Assembly (NCBI GenBank): GCA_965198235.1
Contig: OZ240248.1
Location: 4,998,881-5,062,880, forward strand
Source of the DNA: Candidatus Poribacteria bacterium
GTDB lineage: Bacteria > Poribacteria > WGA-4E > WGA-3G
DNA length: 64,000 nucleotides
Reading direction: 5' to 3'
The notes beneath the pieces were generated by a model. That model searched no databases. It was given only the letters and a program-made list of their open reading frames with translations, and was not told where the DNA came from. Shown here piece after piece: positions 9,520 to 19,051 of the stretch (within the stretch, counting starts at the first letter, position 1; every line of letters begins with the position of its first letter). The translations under genes were made by a program, and so were the position numbers.

Positions 9520-9792
9520 ATACTTGACATACTCCCACAACTAAAGCAGTGGGAGTCTGAGAGAATCCATCGCTTTTCTGTGTGGATTGTGGGGTTCCGA
9601 CTTCGGATGAAGCCTACGAAAGTTGCTTGCGATCACAAGTCTGACACCTTCTAACCCAAAGGTTGATGCCCCAACCTTGAGAATGTTTATCGCAGCGTTT
9701 ACGTCGCGATGATGTTTTCGTTTGCAACCGCTACACTGCCACTTGCGAACCTCTAAGTCTATCAGCATATTAACGTGGTTTTTATCCGGCAC
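9520..9792 (-). mobile_element. IS200/IS605-family TnpB C-terminal remnant with terminal hairpin
   Basis: The 83-aa ORF retains only the zinc-ribbon/RuvC-III end (RKWQCSGCKRKHHRDVNAAINILKVG). Downstream lies an 8-bp hairpin ACTCCCAC..GTGGGAGT (about 9521-9556). The N-terminal 300 aa or so are absent and the ORF abuts the phnZ-like stop. Confidence 0.7.
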
Positions 9793-10420
9793 TTAAACAC
9801 TGCTGCACAATATCTCGGTAGGTTTCTAATCCGACTGTCTTCAACCCTTTCACCTTTGCGAGATCGTCCCATCGCCGTAAGCTGAGCGCGTCTCGGAAAT
9901 GGGGGATCTGTTCAAAGGCGTTTCGCTCCTCATCCGACAGGATACCCCCTTGGAGTTTGAGACTCCTTTTTGATGCCTCGGATAACCCGTCATAGTAAGA
10001 TGCATCGGTTGTACACAAGTACCTTTTCGCCGGAACGTGCAGCCGGACCGGTGTTGTAACCGCTTCTGGAAAAAAGGGTTCCAGATACTGCGCGCCGACC
10101 TCCTCATGAGTCAGATCCGTGTCGAGAAAGGCTTTATCAGCATTATGTTCATCTAAGATGATATGCCCGATGTCGTGGAGTAATGCGCCCGTAATCAGCG
10201 TGGGACTTGCGTCGTTCCGATGTGCGAGGGCGGCGCATTGGAGCGCGTGCTCTAACTGCGTCACGACTTCATCGTAGAACGATTGCCCGCGTTTTTCCAT
10301 ATAACTGAACAGCGTGCCAATCTTTTGTTCTGCTGTCCCACTTCTCATTTTCTGCGCGAGACTTGGATCAATGTACTTTTCAATGTCGCTTGAAAGCAGA
10401 GATTTGTTATCAAAAGTCAT
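9782..10420 (-). CDS. phnZ: HD-domain phosphonate-degradation oxygenase (PhnZ-like)
   Basis: VVTQLEHALQCAALA..GALLHDIGHI HD motifs. About 210 aa. Overlaps and is co-oriented with a PhyH-family gene, the classic PhnY/PhnZ pairing. Confidence 0.6.
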   Translation of the reverse strand: MTFDNKSLLSSDIEKYIDPSLAQKMRSGTAEQKIGTLFSYMEKRGQSFYDEVVTQLEHALQCAALAHRNDASPTLITGALLHDIGHIILDEHNADKAFLDTDLTHEEVGAQYLEPFFPEAVTTPVRLHVPAKRYLCTTDASYYDGLSEASKRSLKLQGGILSDEERNAFEQIPHFRDALSLRRWDDLAKVKGLKTVGLETYRDIVQQCLSAG

Positions 10421-11195
10421 GATTCACCGATTTCCCTTGAAAATGTGCGATTTTGCTAATTTGTTTGTCCCGGTTTGAGCCATCTTTTGCGTATTGCAAG
10501 AAAGCCTGCCGTTTGTCTGCGTAATACTGCTCACGCCAGTCGCCTTGGGAACTGGCGTTGTAGGTGAGATAGATAATTCGTCTCGGTTGGTCTGAACGGT
10601 TTGTAGGACTCTTGTGCGGGATGTACGATCCGAAGAGGAGAATATCCCCCGGATCTGTCGGTACGGCGACCCACTCCATCGTCGAAGCGGTTTCAGGGGC
10701 GACACACCCCTTTTCGTCCAATGCGATGAACCCTTCTTGGTGTCTGCCTGCGGCAAAAGAGAGGCAGCCGCTTTCCGGAGTCGCTGAATCCACCGAAATT
10801 AGACAGGTGATATGGAAGTTGACGAACTCGTAAGCGGGCGCGTCCTGATGCGCCGCGTAGCCACCGCCGCCGGGATACTTGTAATTGATTTTCTCTTTGT
10901 AGAGCACCGCTGGTTCTTCCATCAACTCGGAAACGACATCTAACACTTTGCCACGCGTCACGGTGGCTTTCATACCGGTGTGGTACGGCACAAAATTTTC
11001 TGAACGAGAGAGTCGCGCACCATCCCGTGTAGATTCGTAGTGATGCATCCACTTATCGGGTGTCGGTTCCCAACCCGAAATTTCAGAGACCCACGCCTGT
11101 AGATCGTCCACCTCTTCAGTGGAGAAGAAGCCCAGAACTTTCAAGTAGCCGTTGGTTTTCCAATCTCGGTGGAGTTCGGAATTAAGGTAAGACAT
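10410..11195 (-). CDS. phnY: Phytanoyl-CoA dioxygenase-family Fe(II)/2-oxoglutarate hydroxylase (PhnY-like)
   Basis: PhyH-type sequence (GYLKVLGFFS.., YAAHQDAPAY, FGSYIPHKS). Start set to the ATG at 11195, which is preceded by GAGGA. The longer ORF to 11369 would overlap the neighbouring gene. Confidence 0.6.
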   Translation of the reverse strand: MSYLNSELHRDWKTNGYLKVLGFFSTEEVDDLQAWVSEISGWEPTPDKWMHHYESTRDGARLSRSENFVPYHTGMKATVTRGKVLDVVSELMEEPAVLYKEKINYKYPGGGGYAAHQDAPAYEFVNFHITCLISVDSATPESGCLSFAAGRHQEGFIALDEKGCVAPETASTMEWVAVPTDPGDILLFGSYIPHKSPTNRSDQPRRIIYLTYNASSQGDWREQYYADKRQAFLQYAKDGSNRDKQISKIAHFQGKSVNHDF

Positions 11196-11352
11196 AATCC
11201 TCTTCTTTGCGAATAATCCTGTTGTTCTGCAAGTATAGCGTGCAGGCACTCTTTTGTCAAATTTTAGGGGTTTTGGTGCGGATCCGTTCAAAAAGGAGTG
11301 CGCATGCGACCTCCCAAGGAGTTCGGAGGCCGCACCAATTGGATTAAGGAGT

Positions 11353-13152
11353 TTAATCTGGGTTGGCATTGAATTGGAGGACGTTCATCGTGTTGTCAAC
11401 TGCCATTTGGTAACTCCATCCACCTGTGTAGTCCCCTGAATGGACAGTTACGGTATTCCATCCTGCTTTCAGCGGTAATTCAACATAGGCTCTACCGGAA
11501 AACAGATGCTCTCCAGGTCTCGCTGCAGTACTCAACTCAACGCCGTTAATGAAGAGTCTGCCGAGGTTGCTTCCCCAACGGATTTCTGCAAAAACCTTCC
11601 GTGCGTCAGGGCTTTTGATGTGGGTTACCCCATAAGCGGATGCCCACTCAGGCTTATCAAAAACCCCATCCAAGTTAACGGATCCCGAATCAACGTGGTG
11701 TTCCTGCCACTGGATGTCTCCATGCTTCCCTTGGTAGGTTTTATCAGCAGACTTGTCGTATGTGGGTGGGATTTCAGCGACGAAATCCGACGGAACGATA
11801 TTCGATGCAGCAAGTTCCTCTGGAACATCAAGCCTGAAGGTACCAAGAAGCATCCAATCGGTGAGTTGCTGCATCACCGATGGTTCAACCGGATAAACCA
11901 TTTCGGTTCGCCGGTACAGTTGTTCACCACCGTACAGCACAGAATAGTCATAAATTGGCAAAGGCAGCAGTGCCTCCGATGCTGCAGAGAGAACAACACT
12001 TCCTGTCGCGTCCTGCCCGGGTTTGAGAACAAATGCAAGCTGATTTGGTGCTATTTGCCAGTTTTCACTTGAATGGAAAACGAGGTCGACCTCGACATCT
12101 TTTTCCAACTTATTTTTCAACGCGATTTCAAGTTTTCCATTAGAAGAGAGAAGTTCCGGTTCAATTTTAAGTTGAGACTTAAGTGTGATTAAATCTCTGA
12201 GTTTCTCTTTGAATTCAGCAGTTGAAAGGTCAGCAGAATAGATGTTTCCAGGTTCAACGATAGCGACATTAATTTCGTTTCCATCTACTGTCACGATACT
12301 GTAATGATCAAAGGCACCGTATTCCCGCACTTCTCGCTGTGTGAATCCACCACCTGTTGCGCCGAGTACGAAGTATCGCCGGTCGTTGCGCGTGTGCAAC
12401 GTCAAGTTATGATAGTGTCCAGCGAACACGGTGTATGCCCGATCGGCGAGTGCATCTTCAAATTGTGACCAGCCGGAGTCTTCATGTAGCCATGCCGGTT
12501 TGTGTAGCATGACGAAGGTATGGCGTACATCCTTGTGCTGCACTAATTTGTCCGTTATATATGCGATCTGGGCATCGCCAAACCATGTTCCTGTCCATCC
12601 CTCACTGTCTTCAGGTAGACTGTGTTTTTCTTCTGTGTTGAGTAGGAGAAATAGACAGCCTTTATAGGTAAATGCTGAATAGGTGCGTCCAAGATGTTTC
12701 TGCCAATAGTCGTACATCATCGGATTTGTAATATCGTGATTGCCCGGCAGCGGCAGAAATGGGACGATTAGATCGGATTCGTGTTGCCAGAATTCTTTCC
12801 ATTCCGTTTCGACCTGCGCCACGTCACTTGTATACCCTTGTATCAAATCCCCCACCATAATGGCGAAGTCGGGTTTCAGAACATTGATTTCATCGATTGC
12901 CCGGTCAAATATGTGCCACTTGTCGTAACCTCCTCCTGTTTTATCACCGATAATAGCGAAACTGAACTTGTCTGGATCGTCCGAGAATGGACGTTCAACG
13001 ATCGGCATTCGCTCTGGAAAATTGGGTGTTTGGGCGGTGACTATAGTGATAGTGCCAAGGATAAGGGCAAGGCATAAAACAAGGCCTGCTGCAATTTTAG
13101 CGAAACTTAACGATTTCCAAGATTGCGCCGTCTGTTTATACGTACGAAACAT
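11353..13152 (-). CDS. Membrane-anchored or exported calcineurin-like metallophosphoesterase with a large C-terminal beta-rich extension
   Basis: N-terminal hydrophobic anchor. Motifs FAIIGDKTGG, MVGDL, LPGNHD and FAGHYH. Confidence 0.8.
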   Translation of the reverse strand: MFRTYKQTAQSWKSLSFAKIAAGLVLCLALILGTITIVTAQTPNFPERMPIVERPFSDDPDKFSFAIIGDKTGGGYDKWHIFDRAIDEINVLKPDFAIMVGDLIQGYTSDVAQVETEWKEFWQHESDLIVPFLPLPGNHDITNPMMYDYWQKHLGRTYSAFTYKGCLFLLLNTEEKHSLPEDSEGWTGTWFGDAQIAYITDKLVQHKDVRHTFVMLHKPAWLHEDSGWSQFEDALADRAYTVFAGHYHNLTLHTRNDRRYFVLGATGGGFTQREVREYGAFDHYSIVTVDGNEINVAIVEPGNIYSADLSTAEFKEKLRDLITLKSQLKIEPELLSSNGKLEIALKNKLEKDVEVDLVFHSSENWQIAPNQLAFVLKPGQDATGSVVLSAASEALLPLPIYDYSVLYGGEQLYRRTEMVYPVEPSVMQQLTDWMLLGTFRLDVPEELAASNIVPSDFVAEIPPTYDKSADKTYQGKHGDIQWQEHHVDSGSVNLDGVFDKPEWASAYGVTHIKSPDARKVFAEIRWGSNLGRLFINGVELSTAARPGEHLFSGRAYVELPLKAGWNTVTVHSGDYTGGWSYQMAVDNTMNVLQFNANPD

Positions 13153-13500
13153 TTAATTTTCAGCCTCCTCTGAATGCGGGGTAAAGGTTCTCACTAATTT
13201 CCTTTGTTTCAACAGCGTCACGTGTTGAAAACTCTATCAATGCTGTGTCGGTGTCATGAAAATACGTCACTTTCACTGGGGTTCTCCCTTAAAATTCCTG
13301 TCGAAAAAGGCGTTATGAAGGATGCGGCATAAAAACCATCTCACTTTCAAAAAACGGGCATTTAGATTTTAAAGATAGGATAGAGTATCTACACAAATTG
13401 CGTGTATCTGCTGGCTGACGAGGTTTTCAACTTTGCCTTTTTCTACACAGTTCATGGAAGTGTCTGTAGCTACCACAGGCAACTACAGACATTCACTGCA

Positions 13501-14154
13501 TTAAATCGAAAAACTACCGACAAAGACGTTGTTCTCTGTGCCACTTTGCTGCCATGTCACCGGGAGGTGAGTGTCCTTATAGCGATAAACTTCGGATTTA
13601 CCGACAATGGCGTTCTGAATCGTTGTCAGCGGTTTGTACCAGATCTGATGGGGTTGTGTACATCCGGCACACGGATAGCGGTTGGCAGAAAGTTTGAGAA
13701 CTTCGCCAACGGTTACATCATATTTGGTGCCTTTTTTCGTGAATTCAATGGAAGCGGTCTGGGTCGCGACGACTCCGCCCAAAACATCAGCGTATTTCGT
13801 CGTGAGCATATCGCTGAGCGCGGCACGCTGTTCCGGCGTAGTGCTTGGATCCATGTACAGTACACTCTTACGGGTTTTGGTCTCGATTGCCAAGTTGTTT
13901 TTCGCACTAACGACGGCGACGACGGTTAGGTTCTCCAGCGAAACGTCATTCCAACTTCCATTCTGAACGTTCCAGACCAGGGTTGCCTCTCTGCCACCTT
14001 CCACATATTCGGCACCAAAGTGGCATGCCCCGACATAAACACTCGCAGAACGGGCTTCAATGTATTCGCCTTGCACAGTAGGTGATTCGGTCGCAAAAGC
14101 GAAACCTGCTATGAAGGTCAGCGCGAGTATTGTCAAAACAAAGATATTTCTCAT
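13501..14154 (-). CDS. Exported hypothetical protein (possibly DUF1326-like)
   Basis: Start at the ATG at 14154, after GGGAGA. Signal peptide MRNIFVLTILALTFIAGFAFA. The domain call is from memory of family architecture only. Confidence 0.5.
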   Translation of the reverse strand: MRNIFVLTILALTFIAGFAFATESPTVQGEYIEARSASVYVGACHFGAEYVEGGREATLVWNVQNGSWNDVSLENLTVVAVVSAKNNLAIETKTRKSVLYMDPSTTPEQRAALSDMLTTKYADVLGGVVATQTASIEFTKKGTKYDVTVGEVLKLSANRYPCAGCTQPHQIWYKPLTTIQNAIVGKSEVYRYKDTHLPVTWQQSGTENNVFVGSFSI

Positions 14155-14437
14155 CTTGATTTCTCCCTTTTTTTGGGGATTTACCTTACTAAACACAATA
14201 GTAACATTATAGCCATTTAACCTTAACCCTTATTATATCTTAAATAAATTAAAAAAGCAATCTTTTTTATAATTGTTTATTTACCCCATTTTTTATAGGA
14301 GGTTTGTGTTGAAAAGGTATTGATAGAAAATGTATAGGAAAGTCAGGACTAAATTTAAACGGATCATTACTATATTTTTCCTTACATCTGGGACGGTTAA
14401 AAGACCACACCTCCCTGGAATTAGGACTGAGGTAGCG

Positions 14438-15292
14438 TTATTTCCCGGCTTCCGCTAATAGGCGATGGAGCGTTCCGCCTAAAATCTCTGCTTTGTCTGC
14501 CTCTGGAATAAACGTACAGTGTGTTCGGAACGCCTCAAGCGCGTGTTGATAGGTCATAAAGTTCCGAACAACTGGGTAGTCGGACCCCCAACAGAGACGA
14601 CCGGGACCGAAGTGTTCATAGAGTGCGCGCACAATCCAGTGCGTATCTGATTGTGGATAATCCCACGAGACCTGTGAGACATAAGCGAAACCCGACATCT
14701 TGATATGAATGTTCGGCACGTTTCCCGATGCAAGCACCTGCTTGAGTTGTGGATACGGATACTCTTCACCGGCTCGCGCACCACCCATGTGATGGCACAG
14801 AAATGGCACAGTCGGGAACTGCGCTGCGAGTTTTCCGAGTGCCTCGTGCTGATGGCTTCCCATAGCGATGCTGGCGATTAGCCCTAATTCGGCGGTCGTT
14901 TGGAAGAAACGTTGCCCTTCCTCTGAAAAGAACCAACTCCCATCGTCATCACCTCTGAGATAGTGGGTATAGCCTTTGAGGGCGTACGCTTCCGCTGCAG
15001 TTTTCAATCGATCAGCTGCACCATCCGTATGATACGTCTCTGTCCATGAGCAGTCCACATCAGCGAATTGGATGAGCCGCTCAGGGTAGCGTTTGACGCA
15101 CGCTGCGACGTAATCGTTGTTTTCGGGGTTCCGATCGATGCGTGCGCAGATAAGCACAGCCCTGTCGATGTCGTGCAGATCCATTTCGTGGAGCAGTTGT
15201 TCAACCTTGCCACGGCTCTCATCATCAGGAACGGGCGGTTGATAGGGCCACCGGGGCCATGCGTGGGTATGTGAATCAATTATTATCGTCAT
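14438..15292 (-). CDS. Amidohydrolase-2 family metal-dependent TIM-barrel hydrolase
   Basis: IIDSHTHAWP at the N-terminus, HHMGG, and a WGSDYP C-terminal motif. Confidence 0.8.
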   Translation of the reverse strand: MTIIIDSHTHAWPRWPYQPPVPDDESRGKVEQLLHEMDLHDIDRAVLICARIDRNPENNDYVAACVKRYPERLIQFADVDCSWTETYHTDGAADRLKTAAEAYALKGYTHYLRGDDDGSWFFSEEGQRFFQTTAELGLIASIAMGSHQHEALGKLAAQFPTVPFLCHHMGGARAGEEYPYPQLKQVLASGNVPNIHIKMSGFAYVSQVSWDYPQSDTHWIVRALYEHFGPGRLCWGSDYPVVRNFMTYQHALEAFRTHCTFIPEADKAEILGGTLHRLLAEAGK

Positions 15293-15482
15293 TTCTCATC
15301 CTGTGCAGCACACTACACAAATGTCGCCCCGCTGGGGCTAAAGAGCATATATTCACAGCACATTCTATAGACGCCTTGAAAGGTATTTCCACCTGAGAAC
15401 GCGCTTCCTGTTGTGAAAAATACGTCCATTTTTCTAAAATTGACACCTATGGTGCGTTTGTCCCTCAACTCCGTTGGAATTT

Positions 15483-15902
15483 CTAAGGGCTTATAATGTA
15501 TTTTTGCTTAAGTGCTTCTATTTCTCGTGACAATTCTTCTATTTTTCTGTCTTGTGCCCGTTCGTTTTGTCCCCGCCACGCGATGATAATCTGCGGGATG
15601 CCTACAGTTACAACAATGAGAATTATGAGCGCGGATACGAATCCTATGACCAAGGTAAGCCGTTTGTCAAAACTCTCAAATTTGGTGTCAACATACCCTT
15701 TCATATTCAACTCGGATTTCGCTATTTCTTCTCTGAGCCGCGTCTCAGATGCAGCAATTTCTTTTCTGAGCTGCGTCTCAGATGCAGAAACCTCCTCTTT
15801 AACAATCAAACGAATTTTGTCAAGATCTTGAGAAGTTAAGTCCCCAACGGCGGATGGCACGATCACCAAAAATGCAGTATAGAAAAATATAGTAAATTTC
15901 AT
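15483..15902 (-). CDS. Coiled-coil protein with signal peptide and C-terminal TM helix
   Basis: Start at the ATG at 15902, after AAGGAG. Internal direct repeat ASETQLRKEI/ASETRLREEI. C-terminal TM LTLVIGFVSALIILIVVTVGI. Confidence 0.55.
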   Translation of the reverse strand: MKFTIFFYTAFLVIVPSAVGDLTSQDLDKIRLIVKEEVSASETQLRKEIAASETRLREEIAKSELNMKGYVDTKFESFDKRLTLVIGFVSALIILIVVTVGIPQIIIAWRGQNERAQDRKIEELSREIEALKQKYIISP

Positions 15903-16037
15903 CACAAACTCCTTTTTCACATATAGTACATCACATTTTTGGGACTTTGTCAACTTGAAATTTGATTTGGGGTCGGGGCTATTCGTTTTCAGCGGTCAGT
16001 AAGATCGCGAGCACAGCTCGCTCCTACAACAAACGGT

Positions 16038-17567
16038 TCACTTTAATCCCAGCATCAGGGCACCCAACTCTTGTTTGTTTGTTTCTGCAGGCTTCACAAC
16101 ACCGACAATTTTGCCATCGTACATCACTGCGATCCTGTCGCTAAGGTGAAGGAGTTCGTCTAATTCAGAGGAGACGAGTAAAACGGCTTTGGCGCGGTTA
16201 CGGGCATGAATAAGCCGTGTGTGGACGAATTCCGCTGCATGGATGTCTAAGCCTCGTGTTGGGTGCGCAGCAATGATAACTTCAGGATGTGCCTCTAACT
16301 CGCGCGCGACGACGACCTTCTGCTGATTCCCACCGGAAAGGGTCCGTATCGGATCTGTGATATCTCCAACACGAATTTGGTATTTGTCGAGGGCATTCAG
16401 TGCATACCGTTGAATTGATTTTCGCTGAAGCAGTTCATAGCGGCAGAATCGACTGTGTTTATGATGTCCGATGATGAAGTTATCGTCAATTCGGTCGTTC
16501 AAACTAATACCGTGTCGGTGTCTATCGGCGGGGACGTGCGCGATCGGTTCCCCGTTTAGCGTGAGCCTACCGCTATCAATCTGCCGTAACCCTGTCAGGA
16601 CCTGAACGAGTTCCATTTGTCCGTTCCCTTCCACGCCTGCTATGCCGACAATTTCACCGGGGAACACCTCAAGGTTAACTTCGTTGAGATGTCGTTTGTT
16701 GGACGCTCTATTTGTCAGGACCTTTTTCCATTTATGCCTTCTTATAACGTCAGAACCTCCAGTGAGTGTGACGTTTTCCAAACGGAGCAGAGGTGTTGCG
16801 CCTGTCGTCTGTTCTCGCGTCACAGAGGCAGGGATAACAGGTTCGCCGAGAATTATTTCCGCCAACGTTGCCGGATCGGTATCGTCGATCGGACAGGAGG
16901 CGACGGCTTGCCCGCGTCGCATTACCGTGACGGTGTCGGCGATTGCCATCACTTCATCGAGTTTGTGTGTGATGATAATGAGGCTTTTCCCTTCACTTTT
17001 GAGGTTGCGCATACAATTAAAAAGTCCTTCGACCTCTTGTGGTGCGAGCACGGCTGTCGGTTCATCCATGATGAGGATGTCTGCACCGTGGTAGAGGACT
17101 TTCAGGATTTCGGTGTGTTGTTGTGCACCAATCGGCAGAGATTCAACAGAGGTGTTCAGTGGTACATCGAAACCGAGCTGCGCTGCAAGCACTGCAATCT
17201 GTTCTCCTGCCTGTTGATAATCAAGGAGCGCACCAAATTTGCGAGGCTCTTTGGCAAGGACGATGTTTTGAAGAGCCGTGAAGACGGGAATGAGCGTGAA
17301 GTGCTGCTGGACCATTCCCAAACCGAGGTGCATCGCGCGCCGTGGCGAGGAGATAATTACGGCACGTCCATCGACGAAAATCTCGCCTGCATCGGGTTGA
17401 TACAGACCGTAGAGGATTTTCATCAGGGTAGACTTGCCTGCTCCGTTTTCGCCAACAATCGCGTGGATCTCACCCCGATGGAGCGTGAAATCTACAGCGT
17501 CGTTTGCCTGCACTTGTCCAAAATGCTTGCTGATGCCACGCATCTTGATGATTGGTGGATGTGTCAT
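16038..17567 (-). CDS. ABC transporter ATP-binding protein, duplicated ATPase (BMP/nucleoside-sugar type)
   Basis: Two ABC cassettes: GENGAGKST, LSGGNQQK and Walker B DEPT. Confidence 0.9.
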   Translation of the reverse strand: MTHPPIIKMRGISKHFGQVQANDAVDFTLHRGEIHAIVGENGAGKSTLMKILYGLYQPDAGEIFVDGRAVIISSPRRAMHLGLGMVQQHFTLIPVFTALQNIVLAKEPRKFGALLDYQQAGEQIAVLAAQLGFDVPLNTSVESLPIGAQQHTEILKVLYHGADILIMDEPTAVLAPQEVEGLFNCMRNLKSEGKSLIIITHKLDEVMAIADTVTVMRRGQAVASCPIDDTDPATLAEIILGEPVIPASVTREQTTGATPLLRLENVTLTGGSDVIRRHKWKKVLTNRASNKRHLNEVNLEVFPGEIVGIAGVEGNGQMELVQVLTGLRQIDSGRLTLNGEPIAHVPADRHRHGISLNDRIDDNFIIGHHKHSRFCRYELLQRKSIQRYALNALDKYQIRVGDITDPIRTLSGGNQQKVVVARELEAHPEVIIAAHPTRGLDIHAAEFVHTRLIHARNRAKAVLLVSSELDELLHLSDRIAVMYDGKIVGVVKPAETNKQELGALMLGLK

Positions 17568-17569
17568 CT

Positions 17570-18547
17570 CTACTGCCGTTCGTATGGGACAATAATGTCG
17601 CCCGAGATAATTTTCGCTTTAAATGCTTCGACCTGTTCCAAAATCTCGTCCGGGAGAAGGGCACGGTTGACATCATCAACGATGTACTCAACACCCCCCT
17701 CTTTAAGCCCGTAATTTTTCAAACCGCCAGAGAAATTCCCTTCTTGGACGCTCTTTATCGTCTCATAAACCGATATTTCCACGCCTTTGATAACACTCGT
17801 GAGGACTAAACCGGGGGCGAGGTTGTTACCGTTAGAATCGACCCAGATAATAGATTTTTGTGTCGCTTTTGCTGCCTCAAGAACACCCAGACCACTCGCA
17901 CCTGCAGCCGCAAGGATAATGTCAATTCCACGGTTGTATTGCGTGAGAGCGAGTTCTTTCGCTTTCGCTGGATCGTTGAATGCTTGCGGTGTAACACCTA
18001 CGTAATCCGCTACCAGTTCAAGATCGGGATTTGTTGCCTTAATACCGGCGCGATAGCCGATTTCAAAAGCCTCAACCAGCGGCACCTTCATCCCTCCGAT
18101 GAAACCTATCTGCTTTGTCTCTGTTTTCAACGCTGAAATGACCCCTGCGAGAAATGTGCCTTCGTGTGCTCGGTAGGTCAGCGAGGCGACGTTGGGTTGT
18201 TCTATGACTGCGTCGATAAGCGCGAACTTAACATCCGGGAAATCGCTTGAGACACGATTCATCGGTTCTTGAAAAAGGAAACCGACCCCGATGATAAGAT
18301 CGTATTTCAGTTTCGCGAGCCTGCGGAGCGTCAACTCGGTATCTGTGCTGAGGCTTGGGGTAACCTCTGTGAGTTTAAATCCCCATTCGTCTTCTGCTTT
18401 TTTCGCGCCTGCGTAGGCGGCATCACAGAATGAGAGATCGCCGCGCCCGGTGACATCGTAGATGAGACCGACTTTCAGTGCCGCGGATGCCGTTTCTATC
18501 ATAGCAAAGCATACGATAAAAAGTGTGATTAAAATCCTTATACGCAA
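17570..18547 (-). CDS. BMP-family (Med/PnrA-like) ABC transporter substrate-binding protein
   Basis: Signal peptide, then KVGLIYDVTGRGDLSFCDAAYAGAKKA, typical of the BMP family. 3 nt upstream of the ATPase gene. Confidence 0.85.
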   Translation of the reverse strand: MRIRILITLFIVCFAMIETASAALKVGLIYDVTGRGDLSFCDAAYAGAKKAEDEWGFKLTEVTPSLSTDTELTLRRLAKLKYDLIIGVGFLFQEPMNRVSSDFPDVKFALIDAVIEQPNVASLTYRAHEGTFLAGVISALKTETKQIGFIGGMKVPLVEAFEIGYRAGIKATNPDLELVADYVGVTPQAFNDPAKAKELALTQYNRGIDIILAAAGASGLGVLEAAKATQKSIIWVDSNGNNLAPGLVLTSVIKGVEISVYETIKSVQEGNFSGGLKNYGLKEGGVEYIVDDVNRALLPDEILEQVEAFKAKIISGDIIVPYERQ

Positions 18548-18703
18548 AATGTTTTCCTTTCTAATTCCGTAGTTCTATGATGGAGAGAGCCTAAGACTAT
18601 CTCAATACTATTTAACATACACGATAATTGGGTCAAATGCAAGTGTTATTGTGGTTCTAATGCCCTTGTGAAGCTATTTGGTTTTTCATACTTCAAGTTA
18701 GTC

Positions 18704-18782
18704 GGTTCGTAGTAGGGAAACCATTCATTGCCCGTTATACACAGTTTTAGAACGTGCGATGAATCGCACGACTACAAACACA
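18704..18782 (+). repeat. Intergenic structured repeat, copy b
   Basis: GGTTCGTAGTAGGGAAACCATTCATTGCCC..GAACGTGCGATGAATCGCACGACTACAAACACA. 33 nt are identical to copy c. Confidence 0.6.
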
Positions 18783-19051
18783 TTCCCTCGTAGTCTGAAA
18801 ACTATTTATTATCTGTTAATTCCGAGCAATCCGATACGCGGAAGAGTCGGGGTTAGAAACCCCTCCCACAAGGTATTAAAATGTCCAAGTAATTCTATAT
18901 TTTACTATAAATACCCTAACATTCTTGAAGTTAATGTTGACTTTTTTGATTTTTAACGTTATTCTATTTGTAGGATTTCTGCTATCACTACGATGACAGA
19001 AATGTATCGACAAGTTCTAAATTGTATTGACGGAAAACAGGAGGAGAAGAT

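Noticed and set aside
10410-11369. Long version (319 aa) of the PhyH-family ORF.
   Set aside because: The first 58 codons overlap the 3' end of the metallophosphoesterase gene and look non-coding. An internal ATG at 11195 has a GAGGA RBS and gives a typical PhyH N-terminus.
13402-13929. 175-aa plus-strand ORF.
   Set aside because: It is antisense to the exported protein gene 13501-14154, which has an RBS, a signal peptide and a coherent composition.
16617-17714. 365-aa plus-strand ORF.
   Set aside because: It is entirely antisense to the ABC ATPase gene, which has unambiguous Walker/ABC signature motifs. The translation is Cys/Arg/Phe-rich with no domain features, so it is a shadow ORF.
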